From assembly GCF_001457595.1 (NCBI RefSeq), contig NZ_LN831039.1, forward strand, positions 150,001 through 182,000: a stretch of DNA of 32,000 bases, in the 5' to 3' direction. A program made the translations under genes and the position numbers. Positions 27,693-32,000 of the stretch are shown here, piece after piece (positions within the stretch are counted from its first letter, which is position 1; the number at the start of each line of letters is the position of its first letter). The notes under the pieces were generated by a model. That model did not search any database. It worked only from the letters and a program-made list of their open reading frames with translations, and was not told the DNA's origin. The DNA is from Mycolicibacterium smegmatis (GTDB lineage Bacteria; Actinomycetota; Actinomycetes; Mycobacteriales; Mycobacteriaceae).

Positions 27693-28270
27693 ACCCCACC
27701 GATCAGCAGCAGGAACACACAGAGCCACAGATCGAGCAGACGACCGTAGAGGCTGACGCACGGCGCCCGTCCAGGCTGGGACGGGGCTGGATGGCCACGG
27801 TGTGCGCTGCGCTGGTCCTGGTGGCCGCCGCGCTGGGCGTCGGGGGTTACCTGGCGTTGCGTTCGCATCTCGACAGCAACGTGATCGCCCGTGACGAGGC
27901 CGAGGCGACGCAGGCCGCCAAGGACTGTGTCACCGCCACACAGGCTCCCGACACCGCGGCGATGGCCGCTGCGCAGGCCAAGATCATCGAATGCGCGACC
28001 GGCGACTTCGGTGCGCAGGCCGTGCTCTACAGCGGCATCCTGCTGGACGCCTACCAGGCCGCGAACGTGCAGGTGCAGGTGTCGGACATGCGTGCCGCGG
28101 TCGAGAAGCACAATGACGACGGGTCGATGGATCTGCTGGTCGCGGTGCGCGTACTGGTGACCAACACCGAGAAGGCCAACGAGGAGCAGGGCTACCGGTT
28201 GCGGGTGAAGATGGCCCGCGACGAGGACGGGCTCTACAAAGTCGCGCGGCTCGACCAGGTCACATCGTGA
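27662..28270 (+). CDS. mam1A: Mce-associated membrane protein (Mam1A/Rv0175-like)
   Basis: 202 aa; single TM then VDSN-like domain; immediately downstream of mce1F. Confidence 0.87.
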   Translation: MEGDAGASQLNPTDQQQEHTEPQIEQTTVEADARRPSRLGRGWMATVCAALVLVAAALGVGGYLALRSHLDSNVIARDEAEATQAAKDCVTATQAPDTAAMAAAQAKIIECATGDFGAQAVLYSGILLDAYQAANVQVQVSDMRAAVEKHNDDGSMDLLVAVRVLVTNTEKANEEQGYRLRVKMARDEDGLYKVARLDQVTS

Positions 28271-29235
28271 GTTCTGTGCTCGACACCCCGGCTGCCGCCG
28301 AGGATGCAGTGATCGACCAGGCGCCTCTGGCGTCGTGGCAGGCGCGGGCCGGTGCGTTCGCGATCGACATGCTGCCCGGTGCGGGCACCGTCGTCACGCT
28401 TGCCCTGCTGGCGTGGACGGCGCCGCTGCTGGGCTGGGTCTGGTGGGTCTACACCGGGGCCGCGGTGCTCGTCGTGGGTGCGGTGCTGGCCAACCGCGTC
28501 CTGGTGCCCACCACCCGCGGCTGGACACTGGGCCGTGCCGTCGTCGGCATCCGCGTCGTCAAGGCCGACGGTGGTGACGTCGGGATGGTGCGCCTGCTGC
28601 TACGCGACCTGGCGCACGTGCTGGACACCCTCGCGGTGTTCGTCGGCTGGTTGTGGCCCCTATGGGACGCGCGTAACCGGACCTTCGCCGACCTGCTGAC
28701 CCGTACCGAGGTGCGCCGCGCGACGCCCGCTGCCGGCGACGTGCGGCGGTTGGCGGGCAAGGTCATGCTCGCGGCCGTTGCGGTGTGCGCCGTCGCGGTG
28801 GCGCTCGGGTACTTCGCGGTGTTCCGCCCCCAGGAGGCCGTGCACGAGGCCCGCGAGCAGATCGCCAACGAGGGGCCCCGGATCGTCGAGCAGATGCTGA
28901 GCTACGGCGTCGACTCGTTCAACGAGGACCTCGACAAGGCCCAGACGCTGGCCACCGACAACTACCGTCCCGAGTTGGTCAGGCAGCAGGACGTGATCCG
29001 CAAGGCCGGCCCGACCACCAACGAATACTGGGCCGTCACCAGCGCGGTGCTGTCGGCGAGCAAGAACGACGCGTCCATGCTGCTGGCGTTGCAGGGTCAG
29101 CGCGGCACCAATCCGCAGGACCTCAAGTTCCTCACCGCGACCGTGCGGGTGGACTTCCGCAAGACCGGTGACGCCTGGCAGGTCGACAATCTCACGGTGC
29201 TCAAGAAGCCGAACCTGAACGGGGCGGCGCAATGA
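28267..29235 (+). CDS. mam1B: RDD-domain Mce-associated membrane protein (Mam1B/Rv0176-like)
   Basis: 322 aa; RDD region WQARAGAFAIDMLPGAGTVVTLALLAW..., RTFADLLTRTEVRR; C-terminal Mce-associated domain. Confidence 0.87.
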   Translation: MSSVLDTPAAAEDAVIDQAPLASWQARAGAFAIDMLPGAGTVVTLALLAWTAPLLGWVWWVYTGAAVLVVGAVLANRVLVPTTRGWTLGRAVVGIRVVKADGGDVGMVRLLLRDLAHVLDTLAVFVGWLWPLWDARNRTFADLLTRTEVRRATPAAGDVRRLAGKVMLAAVAVCAVAVALGYFAVFRPQEAVHEAREQIANEGPRIVEQMLSYGVDSFNEDLDKAQTLATDNYRPELVRQQDVIRKAGPTTNEYWAVTSAVLSASKNDASMLLALQGQRGTNPQDLKFLTATVRVDFRKTGDAWQVDNLTVLKKPNLNGAAQ

Positions 29236-29780
29236 GCCCGCGGCGCAGGATCGATGCGTCCGAACGCGATTACTTCGCGGTCGAGGTCGAGCCCCCGTTC
29301 CGCTGGGGTCTGCCGCTGGTGGCGCTGGTGTCGGCGCTGCTGATCGCGGCGGCCATCGCGGGCAGCACGCTGATGCTGGTGCGGCACGAGAGCGACCGGC
29401 GCACCGAGATCAAGAACGCGGCGGCGCTGGGTTACGTGCGCGAGTTCATGACGATGTACACGACGCTGGATCCGTTCCACGCCAACGAATACACCGACCG
29501 CATCCTCACGCAGGCGACCGGCGATTTCCACAAGATGTTCAAGGAAAAGCAGAACGAGATCAACATCCAGGTCGCCCGCAACGAGCCCACCGCAGGCAGC
29601 GTCCTGGAGGCCGGGGTGCAGCGGTGGAACGACGACGGCAGTGCCGACGTTCTCGTCGCCACCAAGACCACCACCCGGTTGCCCGACGGCAAGACATTCG
29701 AAAGCGGAAGTCGTTGGGTCGCAACGACCATCCTGGAAGGACAGCAGTGGAAGATCAGCCAGCTGATTCAGGTGATCTGA
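29232..29780 (+). CDS. mam1C: Mce-associated protein (Mam1C/Rv0177-like)
   Basis: 182 aa; N-terminal TM; overlaps upstream ORF by 4 nt; syntenic. Confidence 0.85.
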   Translation: MSPRRRIDASERDYFAVEVEPPFRWGLPLVALVSALLIAAAIAGSTLMLVRHESDRRTEIKNAAALGYVREFMTMYTTLDPFHANEYTDRILTQATGDFHKMFKEKQNEINIQVARNEPTAGSVLEAGVQRWNDDGSADVLVATKTTTRLPDGKTFESGSRWVATTILEGQQWKISQLIQVI

Positions 29781-30634
29781 CCACCCCGGCCAGACGTCGT
29801 CGTTGGGGATTCCCGCTCCGGCGACGCCAGGCCGAACCTGCCGAGCAGTCGGAGGCCATAGGTGAGGGCACCGAGCCGTCAACCGAGGTCGGGAGCGAGT
29901 CCGACGGGGAGACCAAGCCGCGCCCGGTTGGCAAGCGCCAGCGGACCGCGCTGTCCACTGGGGAGCAGACCGCCGAGGACCAGACCGAGGAGGCCGCCGA
30001 GGCCGCCGCCGGCGAGGCATCCACGGAGACAGAGGAATCCGAGGTATCGGAACCTGTCGCGACCGACGAGCCCGACGAGGATCAGCCCACGCAGAACATC
30101 GTCTTCGCCCCCTTCCGGCCGGCGGGCAAGGGACTGACCTATGCTGCGATCGCCGCGGCGACACTGTTTGTCGCCGCAGGCGCGTTCGCCGGCGCGACGG
30201 TGTGGCCGTATCTGTCGGACCGCGCGCTGGTGGACACGAAAGTGCAAGTGGCGCAGACCTCCGCCGACGCCATCACCACGCTGTGGACGTACACACCGGA
30301 GAACATCGACACGCTGCCGGACCGTGCGTCGCGGTTCTTGTCGAACGACTTCGCCGCCGAGTACCGCCAGTTCATCGACTCGATCGTGCCGTCCAACAAG
30401 CAGGCGCAGATCACCAACAACACGCAGGTGGTCGGTACCGCGGTCGAGAGCATCAGCGCCAATGAGGCGACGGCCATCGTCTACACCAACTCGGTGTCGA
30501 CCAGCCCCGTGACCAAGAACGTGCCGTCGCTGCGGTATCTGTCGTATCGATTGACTCTGGTTCGCAGTGACGGGGACTGGCGGATCACTCAGATGCCTGC
30601 CCTGACGCAGTTGGACCTCTCGCCGCAGCTGTAG
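29747..30634 (+). CDS. mam1D: Mce-associated protein (Mam1D/Rv0178-like)
   Basis: GTG 29747 gives MEDQPADSGDLTTPARRRRWGFPLRRRQAEPAEQ...; acidic disordered N-terminus, TM, Mce-associated domain. The track start 29624 is an upstream extension. Confidence 0.82.
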   Translation: MEDQPADSGDLTTPARRRRWGFPLRRRQAEPAEQSEAIGEGTEPSTEVGSESDGETKPRPVGKRQRTALSTGEQTAEDQTEEAAEAAAGEASTETEESEVSEPVATDEPDEDQPTQNIVFAPFRPAGKGLTYAAIAAATLFVAAGAFAGATVWPYLSDRALVDTKVQVAQTSADAITTLWTYTPENIDTLPDRASRFLSNDFAAEYRQFIDSIVPSNKQAQITNNTQVVGTAVESISANEATAIVYTNSVSTSPVTKNVPSLRYLSYRLTLVRSDGDWRITQMPALTQLDLSPQL

Positions 30635-30636
30635 CG

Positions 30637-31305
30637 ATGGCCATCGCCTCGCCGGTCTCGGAGCGGCTCACGGTCACCGCGCTCCTGCTGTTGACTGTTG
30701 CGACCGGGCTCGTCGATGCGATCAGCGTGCTGGTCCTGGGGCATGTGTTCGTCGCCAACATGACGGGCAACGTGATCTTCCTGGGCTTCTGGTTCGTGCC
30801 GCACTCAGGGGTCGATCTCACCGCGGCGGTCGTCGCGTTTCCCGCATTCGTGGTGGGGACCATCATCGGTGGACGCCTGGCCCGGCACCTCGACGGGCAG
30901 GTCCGAACCTGGCTGACGACCGCACTGGGTGTGGAAGTCGTCCTGCTGACGGTGCTTTCGATCCTCGCAGGCACCGGTGTGCTCGACTACCAGGACAACA
31001 CCAAGCTGTTCCTCATCGCGGGCCTGGCCATCACATTCGGTATCCAGAACGCGACGGCACGCCAGTTCGGGATCCAGGAGCTGAGCACCACCGTGCTGAC
31101 CTCCACCATCGTCGGACTCGGGTTCGACAGCCGGCTGGCCGGCGGAACGGGCGAGCGCGAGAAGTTGCGCTATGCCGTCGTCGCGACCATGTGCCTGGGT
31201 GCGGTGATCGGTGCGACGCTGTCGAGATTCACTGTGGCACCGGTGATCGCGCTGGCCGCCGTGGTGATCGCGACCAGCGCGTGCATCTTCCGGTTCGGCC
31301 GCTAG
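30637..31305 (+). CDS. DUF1275 (YoaK family) membrane protein
   Basis: 222 aa, ~6 TM; GLVDAISVLVLGHVFVANMTGNVIFLGF is the DUF1275 signature; starts 2 nt after mam1D stop. Confidence 0.88.
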   Translation: MAIASPVSERLTVTALLLLTVATGLVDAISVLVLGHVFVANMTGNVIFLGFWFVPHSGVDLTAAVVAFPAFVVGTIIGGRLARHLDGQVRTWLTTALGVEVVLLTVLSILAGTGVLDYQDNTKLFLIAGLAITFGIQNATARQFGIQELSTTVLTSTIVGLGFDSRLAGGTGEREKLRYAVVATMCLGAVIGATLSRFTVAPVIALAAVVIATSACIFRFGR

Positions 31306-32000
31306 AACGGTGGGGGTTTGTTGTGTTCGGCGACGAGGTCGTCGTTGAGTTTGCGTTCGGCGGCGATGGTGCGGGCGGTGTTCTGGGCGCGGGTGCGGCG
31401 TCGTTTGGGCATCTTGACCCCGCGCAGGTCGGGGTCGGCGGTAGGGATCGGGGTGGCCGGTAGGTCCAGTGCGCCGGTGGGTGCGGCCAGTTCGGTGATC
31501 GACAGGCGCCGGTGGCTTCCGGGCACAGTGGTGTACTGCCGCCCGGAAGGGGAGGTCCATACGATGGTGCCGTCGGGGTGTTGTCGGTCTGTCCAGCCGC
31601 GGGGGCCGGTCCAGAACGTTTTCAGAAGATGATGAAAACGACACAGACACTTCAGGTTTGAGGCATGCGTGGGCCCTGCGGGATAGGGCACGGTGTGGTC
31701 GAGGTCGCAGCGGTCGGCGGGTTTGTCGCAGCCGGGGAACCGGCAGGTCAAATCGCGGCAGCGCACATAGTCCGCGAGCGCGCGTGAGGGGATGTAGCGG
31801 TCTTCCGGTGCGGTGTCGCCGGGGTGGATCAGCGGGCGGATGGTGGCGTTGTTGATGATCTCGGCCAGCGCGTAGGCCGGCAGCACTCCCCCACCGAACA
31901 GCACGGCCGGCGGAACGCGGTCCAGCGGGTGCTCGTCGGGGTCGAGGAACGCCGCTGGGGTGTCGCTGCTGTTGTCGGTGAACTCGGTGACGCTGACAGA
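31302..32000 (-). CDS. DUF222/HNH endonuclease domain protein (13E12-type), truncated at right edge
   Basis: HNH motif YIPSRALADYVRCRDLTCRFPGCDKPADRCDLDHTVPYPAGPTHASNLKCLCRFHHLLKTF; frame remains open to 32000. Confidence 0.87.
   Translation of the reverse strand, partial: SVSVTEFTDNSSDTPAAFLDPDEHPLDRVPPAVLFGGGVLPAYALAEIINNATIRPLIHPGDTAPEDRYIPSRALADYVRCRDLTCRFPGCDKPADRCDLDHTVPYPAGPTHASNLKCLCRFHHLLKTFWTGPRGWTDRQHPDGTIVWTSPSGRQYTTVPGSHRRLSITELAAPTGALDLPATPIPTADPDLRGVKMPKRRRTRAQNTARTIAAERKLNDDLVAEHNKPPPF

Overview
The window is a high-GC actinobacterial chromosome segment. Its content and order match Mycobacterium/Mycolicibacterium, and it looks like a fast grower such as M. smegmatis (from memory of gene order, not searched). 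Left to right it contains: the 5' end of pntA (-); a CorA-family channel (-); a tauC-tauA-tauB-like sulfonate ABC transporter (+); a HAD dehalogenase-like gene and an alpha/beta hydrolase (-) divergent from a CGNR zinc-finger regulator (+); TetR plus SDR (+); a TctC-TctB-TctA tripartite tricarboxylate-type transporter (+); a GntR/FCD regulator and a mandelate-racemase-family sugar-acid dehydratase (-); an adhE1-like MDR dehydrogenase (-); a thioesterase and an SRPBCC (TB18.5-like) protein (+); an Mce1R-like regulator (-); the whole mce1-type operon fadD5-yrbE1A-yrbE1B-mce1A..F-mam1A..D (+); a DUF1275/YoaK membrane protein (+); and a truncated DUF222/HNH (13E12-type) gene (-). The strongest non-obvious signal is a 12-aa polycysteine short ORF (GTG start, MNTTLSADCCCC*, 1563-1601). 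It lies just upstream of the sulfonate transporter and is followed by a two-part perfect inverted repeat that pairs the Cys codons with the region just before the tauC start. This is the architecture of a cysteine-responsive ribosome-stalling attenuator. Other regulatory candidates are perfect palindromes at the divergent CGNR/hydrolase promoter, upstream of TetR, upstream of TctC, over the start of the racemase-family gene, and in the mce1R-fadD5 intergenic region. An unannotated 36-aa ORF lies at 6434-6544 (-).
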